Source: Promethearchaeota archaeon
GTDB lineage: Archaea > Asgardarchaeota > Lokiarchaeia > Sigyniarchaeales > SOKP01
Reading direction: 5' to 3'
DNA: 64,000 bases
Assembly (NCBI GenBank): GCA_030603385.1
Contig: JAUVXW010000008.1
Coordinates: 64,001-128,000 of the forward strand
Shown: piece after piece, positions 1 to 9,410 of the stretch
How the letters are laid out: every line of letters begins with the position of its first letter
How positions within the stretch are numbered: position 1 is the stretch's first letter
The notes under the pieces: generated by a model
What the model was told of the DNA's origin: nothing
Database searches by the model: none
What the model saw: the letters and a program-made list of their open reading frames with translations, nothing else
Position numbers and translations under genes: made by a program

Positions 1-138
1 TATATATCTAAATTTTTTGTAAAATAAATTGATATCTTACTAACGATAATTTAAAAAATAAATTTCTTGACTTTTATCCTCAATAAATAAAAGTTTTAAT
101 ACAATTAGGGTTATATTTTTTATATTTATTCTATATTT

Positions 139-267
139 TCATTTTTCTCCTTTATTCTTTGAATCTGTACTTTGTACTCTTGCTTTGAAACCTTGATTCT
201 TTCCTGTTTTATCTGCATGAGATTGGATTCTTCGGGCAGCTTTTGAATTCATTTTTGTTTTACCCAA
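139..267 (-). CDS. small basic 42-aa protein (MGKTKMNSKAARRIQSHADKTGKNQGFKARVQSTDSKNKGEK), SMP/LEA-like motif
   Basis: Not in ORF track. Perfect SD AGGAGGTGA (273-281, minus strand) 5 nt before TTG at 267; open to TGA at 139-141. Confidence 0.7.
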   Translation of the reverse strand: MGKTKMNSKAARRIQSHADKTGKNQGFKARVQSTDSKNKGEK

Positions 268-808
268 ATATTTCACCTCCTTTATTTATTTTAGGAATAT
301 TAGAACATCATCCACTTTAAGACCATTCTTATTAATCCTTCCATTAAAGATCTCTAATCTTGTAAGTAATTTTAGAAATTGAATTGTACCAGAGATATTG
401 ATTTATAATTTTATTGAATAATAGTAAATTATATAGTTTGAATCGAAAAATACGGAGATTTTTCTTCTTTGGGTGCACTCTAATGTGATCGAAATATGAA
501 CGGTAATCTTCTTCGGAATACCACATAATTATTTAATTTCTTTTAACTATAATATTTTTTATTTAATGAACCTAAAATCATAATTAATATATAAATAATT
601 TTTCCCCAAGTAATTCGGAGGTCACCACGGCGGGACATCAATTATCTGGGAAAATGGGGAAAAAGATATCTTTCTATTTTGCTTATTAAATGATTACAAT
701 AGATATCTTGAATCTCCATTAAATAATAGCGAATTGGCATTGACAAAGATCTTTCTAATATCATAATATATCGATTATTTTTATGGGAATCCTTTATTAA
801 AAATATTT

Positions 809-1612
809 TTAATGATACATTCTTACTTGAAGTATATAGAAAGAAACTAATGATTTGGTTAGAAATAGTTTTAACTCAACATAAAGCTCAGTAGATTCCC
901 TCAATAAATCCAAACATGAATATTTTGAAAATCTTTTAAGAAATTTTGGATCTTCATGCTTAATATTATCTGCTATATTATATAAATAACCAAATAATCT
1001 ACTAAAATTTATTTCTACAGGATTATAAAATTCTTTCATGCTTGATTTGAGATCAGGTCGATATATTCTCTCTTTTAAATTATGATGTTGCCCTTTAAAT
1101 AACTTTAATAGCTTTTTTGTATAGTTTTCAAATATAGAACTCAAATAGAGAATAAATTCACTAAATATTATTAATCTTTTATCTTCGTTTTTCTTATACT
1201 TTAATAGTTGATTTTTAAAAATTGAAAATGTGAATATTAATTTCTTAGTATATAGCTTCTTAATTTCGTTTAAACCTGATAGTAATTTATTTACCCATTT
1301 TTTTGGTATGATTTCTTCTAATTTTTGAGAAAATTCAGCAAACAATGTAGTTATTGGTCTTAAAACCACATTAATATCAATTGAATTAACAATAATTTGA
1401 CTAAAATCAGTTAAAATTTGTCTAGATACTTCACTGAGACTTTGAGAAAAATTCTCAATAATGAGTTTTCGAGTATCTGACAGGCTTTTAAAGATTTTAA
1501 GATTATTTCTTCGTTCTTTAAGAGTACTAATTTTCTTTTCATTAAGTAACTTCTTAAAATCTTTTTTTGATATAACATTATTTTCGATTAAATCGCCATA
1601 TTTTATTGACAT
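809..1612 (-). CDS. hypothetical helical protein, possibly degenerate HEPN-like
   Basis: 267-aa ORF; 'LYNIADNIKH' loosely resembles the HEPN RxxxxH helix. Confidence 0.55.
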   Translation of the reverse strand: MSIKYGDLIENNVISKKDFKKLLNEKKISTLKERRNNLKIFKSLSDTRKLIIENFSQSLSEVSRQILTDFSQIIVNSIDINVVLRPITTLFAEFSQKLEEIIPKKWVNKLLSGLNEIKKLYTKKLIFTFSIFKNQLLKYKKNEDKRLIIFSEFILYLSSIFENYTKKLLKLFKGQHHNLKERIYRPDLKSSMKEFYNPVEINFSRLFGYLYNIADNIKHEDPKFLKRFSKYSCLDLLRESTELYVELKLFLTKSLVSFYILQVRMYH

Positions 1613-1804
1613 GTACTATTTTGTCACCTAATTACTATATATTTCTAATAAGGTTATTTCTTTCATTACAAGCAAAGGAAAACATGAACCAGTAGAAATA
1701 AAATTTCCTAAAATAAATTTAATTTTTATATTAGATTTTTAGAAAAAATAAATAATAAAAGGGTATTAAGTTTCATATCATAATCAATCTTATGGAATTT
1801 AAAG

Positions 1805-2089
1805 ATGTCATTTATTAAACCTAAAATGAGAGAAACTATTTTTGGAGTAATTATTGGTAATCGCGATGTTTCTCCAGATAATCTCGCAGAAGAAGGACGA
1901 AAAGAGATCATCAGTGTCTTAGAAAATTGGGGGTATAAATATATTATATTGAATGAAAATGATACTAAATTCGGTGTTGTGGAAACATATGAAGACGCGA
2001 AGAAATGTGCTGAATTATTTAAGGCAAATAGTGATAAGATAATGGGTACTTCAGTTATTTTACCCAATTTTAGGGATGAAAACAATTAG
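1805..2089 (+). pseudogene. truncated N-terminal fragment of L-fucose/L-arabinose isomerase family gene
   Basis: About 55/92 identical residues, ungapped by manual count, with the N-terminus of 13784..15220; stops after 94 aa. Confidence 0.85.
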
Positions 2090-2353
2090 TAGGGTTTATC
2101 ATTTTTAAAGATAATAATTGAGCTATAAACAAGAAGCCTAATTGACATTGATGATCGTATAGAGTCTAAAATTAGCAAATATAAAATTTTGAAGCTCCCA
2201 ATAGCTTTAGAAAATCAAAAAATCCTTTGACCTCTTATAAATATTAAATACCTTTTTAATAACTAAATTAATATGAATGCATCACTTTTTCTCATTTGAA
2301 TTATAACATAAAATTTTCATTTCTGAATTATTTCATATGATTAAAGACAAAAA

Positions 2354-3784
2354 ATGACTGAAATTATTAAAAGTGGAGCAGGAATTCATGAAGGCTTCGA
2401 ATTTCAGTATTGGTATGGTGTGAAATTGATAATTGACTGGAAAATTTCACCACCAAAAGATTCAATAAACCCACCTTGGTTAAAAGAAGAGATTGGTAGA
2501 AATGAGTTTGGAATCTTTGATGATATTTTTATGTATAAAGATTCTGACTATTTTTTCTATCAAGCAAAAAAATCAGTTAGTACTAAGGGTGGGCTTATAG
2601 ATGAAAATGAATTATTAGATGATAAGTCTAGTCTATCGATTTTGGAAATGTATTTATCTTATAAGAAAATTAAGAAAAAATTTCCTGATGAAAATTTTTA
2701 TTTAATAAATGTATCAAATAAAGCAATTTCAGGAATATTAAGAGAAATAATTGTTCCTAATGAAAATAGAATAGAAGATTCATTTATTAAAAACAGCATT
2801 AAAAAAGATGAAAAAATTAAATTAAGAGAAGCAATTAAGGAAAAATGTGGTGGAAATGAGCTTAATGATTTTTTGAAAAGACTTCGATTTATCCATTTTG
2901 AAAATCCTGAATTTGAGGTAAAACATAAACCAATTCTCCCATTAAATATAATTCAAAACGTATTCAATTGGGTAAAGAAGATTGCACAAAAGAAATTCAC
3001 AAATTCAGAGAATAAAATTTCCTATGGAGATTTTCAATTTTTATTAAATATCAATGAATTAGAAGTACCTTTAAGATTAGGATTTTACTCAAAATCCGAA
3101 TTTCCATCAGAAATTTTATATGATTATTCAATCGACTTTTATTCCCAGATAGATGGAACCCTAAATGATATTGATTGGAATAAGTTCAGAGAAGAAATTG
3201 AGGATTTACGAAAAAAAATTATCAAAGAGAGTCAAAATCGTTTAATCCGAATTGAAGCATTATCTCATCTTACATTAGGATATATTATTGGATTTGTTTT
3301 TAGATCTACAACTGGCTTCAAATTGCAGGTTCTTCAACGATTTAAAGATCTTGAGGAAATTTGGGAATACGAATCAAATAATCGCTATAAAATTGAGAAA
3401 GATATTGATATTAGAGTAGAAATGTCAGATATTAATTCTAAAAATTTAATAATTTGTATGGAATTTACTGAAAAACCTATTAAGCATTTCATAAAAGAAT
3501 ATTTAACTAATTATAAAATAGATTATAATCAAATTATTGAAATTGTAACAAAACCCCCAATTAAAGTAAATCAAGTTACTCCTTTAATCAATTTCATAAT
3601 TGAATTGATTTTAAAGGTTAAAACAATTAAGAAAGTACATATTTTTAATGCAATTCCATTAGCGTTAGCAATTTTATTGGGATATAATTTCAATGCATTG
3701 CCAACTATTCAATTATATGAATTTGACATGGTAGAGAGAAAATATATTCCAAGTTATATATTAAAACAAAAATTAGGTAGGTGA
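2354..3784 (+). CDS. cap4: CBASS effector: Cap4-like PD-(D/E)XK endonuclease fused to SAVED domain
   Basis: N-term GFEFQ...DD...QAK nuclease motif; C-term SAVED motifs (HLTLGYIIGFVF; VHIFNAIPLALAILLG...IQLYEF...YIPS); adjacent to CD-NTase. Confidence 0.8.
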   Translation: MTEIIKSGAGIHEGFEFQYWYGVKLIIDWKISPPKDSINPPWLKEEIGRNEFGIFDDIFMYKDSDYFFYQAKKSVSTKGGLIDENELLDDKSSLSILEMYLSYKKIKKKFPDENFYLINVSNKAISGILREIIVPNENRIEDSFIKNSIKKDEKIKLREAIKEKCGGNELNDFLKRLRFIHFENPEFEVKHKPILPLNIIQNVFNWVKKIAQKKFTNSENKISYGDFQFLLNINELEVPLRLGFYSKSEFPSEILYDYSIDFYSQIDGTLNDIDWNKFREEIEDLRKKIIKESQNRLIRIEALSHLTLGYIIGFVFRSTTGFKLQVLQRFKDLEEIWEYESNNRYKIEKDIDIRVEMSDINSKNLIICMEFTEKPIKHFIKEYLTNYKIDYNQIIEIVTKPPIKVNQVTPLINFIIELILKVKTIKKVHIFNAIPLALAILLGYNFNALPTIQLYEFDMVERKYIPSYILKQKLGR

Positions 3785-3790
3785 AAAATT

Positions 3791-4780
3791 ATAGCAAATA
3801 CAGTAAGTCAAGCTTTTGATGAATTTAGGCAAAATTTAGAACCATTAAAGCCAGAAAAAGAGAAAATTCAAAAAAGACATAAATATATAAGAGAAACATT
3901 TAGCAACAAAATAAAGAATGATGGAAGAATGCATTCATTCTTATCTGGGTCATACTCTCGTAATACTCAAATAAGACCTATTAATGATGTGGATATAGTA
4001 ATATTGTTTGATATAGAGGAATATTGGGATCAATTTAAAAACAACCCACGTGAGATGCTCAATTTTACAGGAGAAAAATTAAAAGAAACTTATCCAGATA
4101 AAGATATAATAATTCAATCTCATTCTATTGGAATTAAATTCAAGGATCTTCCCGATGTAGATGTTATACCTGGATTTATTAAGGATTATAATAAGGAAAT
4201 CTATTTAATTCCAAATTTTAAACTAAATAATTTCATTGAGACATCCCCTACTAAACATAAAGCTATTATCTCTAGATATAACCAAAATTTAGGGGACAAA
4301 TTCATTCACATCATAAAAATGATGAAATGTTGGAGGAACAAATTAATAAAAGAAAGCATGAGTAAATCTGGGATTGAATTAAAATTCAAATCTTTTCATT
4401 TAGAAATCTTTTTGATGAATATTTTAAAAAGTAGATTTTCTAATTATGCTAAAGCTATTCAACAAGTTTTTTCAAAAGCTGCTGAAAATTTAGACTGCGA
4501 GTGCTATGATCCTGCAGGGTTAAGTGGAAGATTAGATGGTTATTTAACAGATATTCAAATTAAAACTTTAAAGAATATCTTTAGCAATACCAGTGAAGAT
4601 ATCAAGAGTTTACTACGATTAGAAATGGAAGGTAAATATCAAGAAGCAATAGAAGGTTGGAGAGATCTTTTTGGAGATCAATTTCCTAAACCTCTAAAAA
4701 CAAATAAAAATACATATAAAAAAAACCTAAAAACAAAATTTCCAATAGAAGGAAAGAATTATACATACGGTGAAGAATAA
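3791..4780 (+). CDS. CBASS CD-NTase (cGAS/DncV-like nucleotidyltransferase); true start probably ATA at 3791
   Basis: GSYSRNT-x-IRPINDVDI motif, third Asp in VDVIP, KSFHLE, DPAG, WRDLFG. Frame is open from 3785 and encodes ANTVSQAFDEFRQNLEP; SD GGTGA at 3780-3784. Confidence 0.9.
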   Translation: MANTVSQAFDEFRQNLEPLKPEKEKIQKRHKYIRETFSNKIKNDGRMHSFLSGSYSRNTQIRPINDVDIVILFDIEEYWDQFKNNPREMLNFTGEKLKETYPDKDIIIQSHSIGIKFKDLPDVDVIPGFIKDYNKEIYLIPNFKLNNFIETSPTKHKAIISRYNQNLGDKFIHIIKMMKCWRNKLIKESMSKSGIELKFKSFHLEIFLMNILKSRFSNYAKAIQQVFSKAAENLDCECYDPAGLSGRLDGYLTDIQIKTLKNIFSNTSEDIKSLLRLEMEGKYQEAIEGWRDLFGDQFPKPLKTNKNTYKKNLKTKFPIEGKNYTYGEE

Positions 4781-6625
4781 ATGTTATTTCAATGGTATAA
4801 AACTGAAATAGATTTATACCATAAAGAACTGTTAATAATTAAAGAAGAAATAAAGGATTTTTTTCCCTACGGCTATGAAAAAAATGATGATTTATGTATT
4901 GTTGGTATTATAGATGTAGATGGAAAAGAAGAAAATATCTTAATTTCATATCCTAGAATTTATCCTTCTTCTCCACCAAAGGTATGGTTATTTGAATCTA
5001 ATGAATTTAAAAAAGTTAAAGATTTTCAGGAACATTTTCATCAAAATTATGATGAATCCTTATGTCTCTTCACATCAGATTGGGGTGATGGAAGCTGGCA
5101 TTTTAATATGGATACTCATGATGTTCTTGAAAAACTAAGAGATACAATAAGAAAAGCTAGAACTAAGGAACATACCGATGAACATACTTCGATTATTAAT
5201 CCTGTTCCGGGTAAACTTAGATATGATTTTGAAATTTATATACCCGCTGAAATTTTAAACTACATAATAAAAAATGACAAAAGTCTAGATAAACTTGAAT
5301 TATACGAATTTTCAAAAAATTATCAAGGTCGTATATTAAAATTTCCTTCTAAATATAACGTTATGGAAAAAATTTTTGAAGGAAATTTTTGGTCAAATTT
5401 TAATTTATTGAACAATCCATTAAAAGGATATTATCTTAAATTGCCATTTAATAAAAATGAATTTCGAAAGGAATTAGCAAAAGAAAAGAATCTAATTATA
5501 TTTTTAAAAAACTATGGCTTTAATGAACAAATAATGTTAGAATTAGATTTTATCTTTTTTGTTTTTAAAGATACCAGAGTTCCTAACAGTAGAGTTAAGA
5601 ACCCTAAAGAATTTGAAAATCTAATATCTTTTGCTTATTTTTTAAGAAATACAGATTTATCAAACATCTACAAAATCCCTATTTATCAAATATTTTCAGT
5701 TAAATTCCCAGATGATATTTTTCAAAGAACTAATGCAATTTTTGATACGTTAATAAATAAGATAAGGAACAAAAAGATCTTAATTTTAGGTTTAGGAACT
5801 CTTGGTTCATTTATAGTTTTGGAATTGGTAAAATCAGGAATTAAAAATTTTATTTTATATGATTTCGATATATTTCAAACGATAAATATATGTCGCCATG
5901 TTGGAGATATCACAGATATTGGAAGGTATAAAGTGGAAGTTGTTGAAGAAATTATCAGATTAAAAAACCCAGATGTAAATGTTAAAAAATCTATACGAAA
6001 TCCTTTTGAAAAAGATAAGTATTTGTTGGAGTTTATTGAAGATTTGAAGAAATCAGATATAATCATTGATACGACTGCCAGTTATCAAGTAAATTTACAA
6101 TTAAATAAAATTTCTATTGAAAATAACAAAAATGTGATATATTCTTGGTGTGGACCTAATGCAGAAGTTGGTAGAGTATTTAGGGTCATTCCTAGAAAAA
6201 CTCCTTGTTACTATTGTATAAATCTTCAATTAGAAAAAGAACCTCAAAAATTCCCTAGAATAAAAAAGCAGAATTTAGAATTTGAATTACCTCAATTTGT
6301 AGGATATCGTCAACCAGGAATTCCAGGAATCAGTATTGATATAAATTTTATTAGTTTATTTGCTTCAAGATTAGTGATTCAAACACTTTTAATTGATGAG
6401 GATGCTTACCCTGATGCAAAAGCAAATCATTATATCTGGCAAAATAAACCTACAGAAATTGAACCATTTGATGAGATTAAATTAATACCTCAAGGAGATT
6501 TTAGAATGATTAAGAGATGTCCATTTTGTAAACCAAAATCAAAAAAAATGTTTAATCCACAAAAAAAAATTCAAATTGATGTTATACTAAAGAGAGGAAA
6601 AAAAAATTTTAGGAAAATCAAATAA
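4781..6625 (+). CDS. cap2: CBASS Cap2-like E2-E1 (ThiF) fusion
   Basis: E2-like YPxxYPxxPP...H...LCL; E1 GLGTLGS, DFD, NICRH, CYYC and CPFC Zn motifs. Confidence 0.85.
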   Translation: MLFQWYKTEIDLYHKELLIIKEEIKDFFPYGYEKNDDLCIVGIIDVDGKEENILISYPRIYPSSPPKVWLFESNEFKKVKDFQEHFHQNYDESLCLFTSDWGDGSWHFNMDTHDVLEKLRDTIRKARTKEHTDEHTSIINPVPGKLRYDFEIYIPAEILNYIIKNDKSLDKLELYEFSKNYQGRILKFPSKYNVMEKIFEGNFWSNFNLLNNPLKGYYLKLPFNKNEFRKELAKEKNLIIFLKNYGFNEQIMLELDFIFFVFKDTRVPNSRVKNPKEFENLISFAYFLRNTDLSNIYKIPIYQIFSVKFPDDIFQRTNAIFDTLINKIRNKKILILGLGTLGSFIVLELVKSGIKNFILYDFDIFQTINICRHVGDITDIGRYKVEVVEEIIRLKNPDVNVKKSIRNPFEKDKYLLEFIEDLKKSDIIIDTTASYQVNLQLNKISIENNKNVIYSWCGPNAEVGRVFRVIPRKTPCYYCINLQLEKEPQKFPRIKKQNLEFELPQFVGYRQPGIPGISIDINFISLFASRLVIQTLLIDEDAYPDAKANHYIWQNKPTEIEPFDEIKLIPQGDFRMIKRCPFCKPKSKKMFNPQKKIQIDVILKRGKKNFRKIK

Positions 6626-6738
6626 GATTTTCAACTCGGAGAAAACCTTTCTTTAATATACAATTTCGAATAAAATATAGAATAGTTAACTAATGAATAT
6701 TTCTTGCGATTTTTGAAATCAAACCTAAAGAAAATATT

Positions 6739-7212
6739 ATGAAAAATAAATATAAATTAGAAATTTCTAAATTTTTAGTTAATAAATTGTTAGATTTTTC
6801 ATCTAAAACTAATAATGAAGTCTGTGGAGTTCTAATTGGAAAAGAAATAAAATATAATCATATAATAATAACTGATGTAATTCTTGATAAGAATTCACTT
6901 AATGCTTCAAGATTTTCTGTAACTAGAAATACAAAAGGGCTATATCCAAATGTTAAAGAAATAGTTGAATATTCCGTTTATGATAATGTTGATTTTATTG
7001 GGGATTGGCATTCTCATCCTTACGGTTCTAGTTTATATAGTTCTATAGATTACTATTCTATGATTACCATGCTAAAAGATCCCGATTATTACTTTTTAAA
7101 TTCAATTGTTTTGATAATTGTATGTCCTCCAAATAAGATTAATAGTTTTCTGTTTCAAAGGGATAAAAAAAAGCCTCAAAAGATTGAAAATTATTCAAAA
7201 TCAATTAATTGA
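6739..7212 (+). CDS. cap3: CBASS Cap3-like JAB/MPN+ isopeptidase
   Basis: EVCGVLIG and GDWHSHP-x6-SSID JAMM motif; last gene of the operon. Confidence 0.88.
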   Translation: MKNKYKLEISKFLVNKLLDFSSKTNNEVCGVLIGKEIKYNHIIITDVILDKNSLNASRFSVTRNTKGLYPNVKEIVEYSVYDNVDFIGDWHSHPYGSSLYSSIDYYSMITMLKDPDYYFLNSIVLIIVCPPNKINSFLFQRDKKKPQKIENYSKSIN

Positions 7213-7260
7213 TTAAAAATTTCCTTGTAAAATACTCCTTAATTCTTTTTATACATTAGT

Positions 7261-7278
7261 TTAAAGTCGAAACTTTAA
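7261..7278. terminator. short hairpin TTAAAGT-CGAA-ACTTTAA between convergent genes
   Basis: Perfect 7-bp inverted repeat; function not established. Confidence 0.3.
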
Positions 7279-7383
7279 TTCAATATTGTTCTTTAAATAT
7301 TGAAATACTCCTAAATATCTACCTTATTCCATGCTTTATAATATCAGTGTTTAGTAGATAAGAATTTCTTAATTGTAAGTAAT

Positions 7384-8442
7384 TCATGATTTAATATATT
7401 CGAATATTGTCTCTTTTTCTCCTTGATCATTTAAGACATAACCCTCTTCTAAAGCAATTAGCATTTCATCTAATAAGTGTAATTTACGAATCGTTTCTTG
7501 CTTTTGTAAACTAAAATTCTCATGGGCAAATGGATTTCTGATCCTTTTGAAACAACTTTTAAAATAGTTTTTATAATCTTTTTGCTTCTCTTTTCCCTCC
7601 ACTGTAGAAATATCATCCAAGAATATAACTGGACTATTTTCTGAGAATATCTGTTCAATTAATTGAACTCCAAAATTTCTTTTTAAGCCTTTTTTTTTAT
7701 TTACTTTCTTTAATATTTGCTCAATTTCATTATCAACTGCAGCAATTGATTTATCAAAAAAACCTTTTTTAAACAATCTATAAGCCTCATTAATTATTAT
7801 GTCATGAAAATAATTCCATGGATAATTTTTATTTGAAATTCTCCTGAATATTAATAATAGACAAAATAGAAATATCATAATGATAAAAGATAATAAATAC
7901 CAAAACCTCTCAAAAGTAATCAATTTATAAATAATATCAATATCTACATTGTTGTTATTTGGCTCAATAACAATGTATATAGGATCATTGAATAAATCTT
8001 TATAATCTAAAATTAATGAGAAAGACCCCAATAATTTATTATTTTGATGCGAAATGTAATTAATATCATCCAAATATCCATTTTGAGCTTTTATTTCTAA
8101 ATATTTTGTATATTGTGCTGAATTCAGGATGTAAACATCAATTATATTATCTCCCTTGTAAGATACGAATAATTCTGAATATGGGAGTATTACAGGATGA
8201 TTTATTCTAATTTCCTGAACAAAATAACTGTCATATCTTATGTCCTGATCATAAGATGAATCTTCTAATTTATAAATTGGAAGAGTAAAAATCGGTGTTA
8301 ACAACCATAAAAATATGTTTAAGAATAAACCTATAACTATTACTACAATAAATAAATTGTATAAATTATTATCTAAGTAATTATTTATTCTGGTTTTGAA
8401 TGGTAATTTAATATCCTCAGTTTTCTTTTTGGAATTCTTCAT
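7384..8442 (-). CDS. two-TM membrane protein with C-terminal TIGR02391 (Ymh-type HEPN) domain
   Basis: Two hydrophobic segments flank a ~125-aa loop. C-term H..I....RLF..G.F..SI, GVQLIEQIFSENSP, and IRNPFAH (RxxxxH). Confidence 0.75.
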   Translation of the reverse strand: MKNSKKKTEDIKLPFKTRINNYLDNNLYNLFIVVIVIGLFLNIFLWLLTPIFTLPIYKLEDSSYDQDIRYDSYFVQEIRINHPVILPYSELFVSYKGDNIIDVYILNSAQYTKYLEIKAQNGYLDDINYISHQNNKLLGSFSLILDYKDLFNDPIYIVIEPNNNNVDIDIIYKLITFERFWYLLSFIIMIFLFCLLLIFRRISNKNYPWNYFHDIIINEAYRLFKKGFFDKSIAAVDNEIEQILKKVNKKKGLKRNFGVQLIEQIFSENSPVIFLDDISTVEGKEKQKDYKNYFKSCFKRIRNPFAHENFSLQKQETIRKLHLLDEMLIALEEGYVLNDQGEKETIFEYIKS

Positions 8443-8633
8443 TGTTTTTACGAATTTTTGTTGATTTCTATAAAATGTAAAATAGGAAGGATTTATTAAA
8501 TTTATTTACATTATTGATAAAAATTCATTAAAAGACTAAATAATATTTAAATATAAGATTAATTTATTTGAGTTCAAAGATCCTTGATTTACTGCATCTA
8601 TAGTTAGGTGAGTAAGACTAAAATATAATTGAT

Positions 8634-9410
8634 ATGTTTAAACCAAATAAAGATCGGACGTATCTGATAACATATATTGATATTCTTGGATTTGAAGCAT
8701 TCCTTGAAAATCATTCTTTATCAGAAGTTTATGATAAGATGTACAGTTTATTGAAAGCTTTAAAAAATACTAAAGTACAAGGTGTAGTTGAAATTAAATA
8801 TGATAAAAATGTATCTAAAGTCTTTCAAGATTATATAACAAACATTCCCTATTTTTTGTTTAGTGACTCTGTATTGATTTATAAAGAAATAGGGGAGGAT
8901 CACCAACCCAATCTTAGTCCCGAAGATACAGTATTTGGTGAAATGATCATGTCGTTAGAAGAAATCTTTAAGAGTGCATTTAAACAAAGAATTTTTATAA
9001 GAGGAGGACTAGCTTACGGAAAAGCGATAATTCAACCAGGTTCTCAAGGGATTAATAATATTTTAGTTGGCAAACCAATTATTAATGCTTATAAAACAGA
9101 AGAAGCTCAAAATTGGATGGGATGTGCTTTTCATGAATCTTGTAGAGATCTTATTGAAAATTCAATATACACAAAGGATTTTTTAGTACCATATCCCATC
9201 CCATTAAAAAATGAATGTCCGATTCTCAATTATGCATTGGGCTGGGTGGATAGTAGTATAAAAGATTTAAAATCTATGTTTGAAAATTGGGAAACATTTA
9301 AGCCCCACCATGAAGTTATTAAATCTAATACTATGGAGTTTTTTGAAGATAGTAAAGATAGAAGCCCCCGATGGTTAGGATTTGGAATTGATTTTCATAT
9401 GAATTTATAA
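8634..9410 (+). CDS. class III nucleotidyl (adenylate/guanylate) cyclase-like protein
   Basis: YIDILGF, FSDS, IRGGLAYG and GKPIINAYKTE motifs. Confidence 0.7.
   Translation: MFKPNKDRTYLITYIDILGFEAFLENHSLSEVYDKMYSLLKALKNTKVQGVVEIKYDKNVSKVFQDYITNIPYFLFSDSVLIYKEIGEDHQPNLSPEDTVFGEMIMSLEEIFKSAFKQRIFIRGGLAYGKAIIQPGSQGINNILVGKPIINAYKTEEAQNWMGCAFHESCRDLIENSIYTKDFLVPYPIPLKNECPILNYALGWVDSSIKDLKSMFENWETFKPHHEVIKSNTMEFFEDSKDRSPRWLGFGIDFHMNL

Noticed and set aside
344-526. 60-aa ORF
   Set aside because: Low-complexity AT-rich tail, no SD or motif; cannot support.
1805-2089. Recent attL/attR duplication of a provirus
   Set aside because: Copies are ~40% diverged at protein level; no integrase or viral structural genes in the window.
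8634-9410. Calling the cyclase a Pycsar PycC
   Set aside because: No neighbouring cNMP-binding TIR or TM effector; motifs only support a generic class III-like fold.
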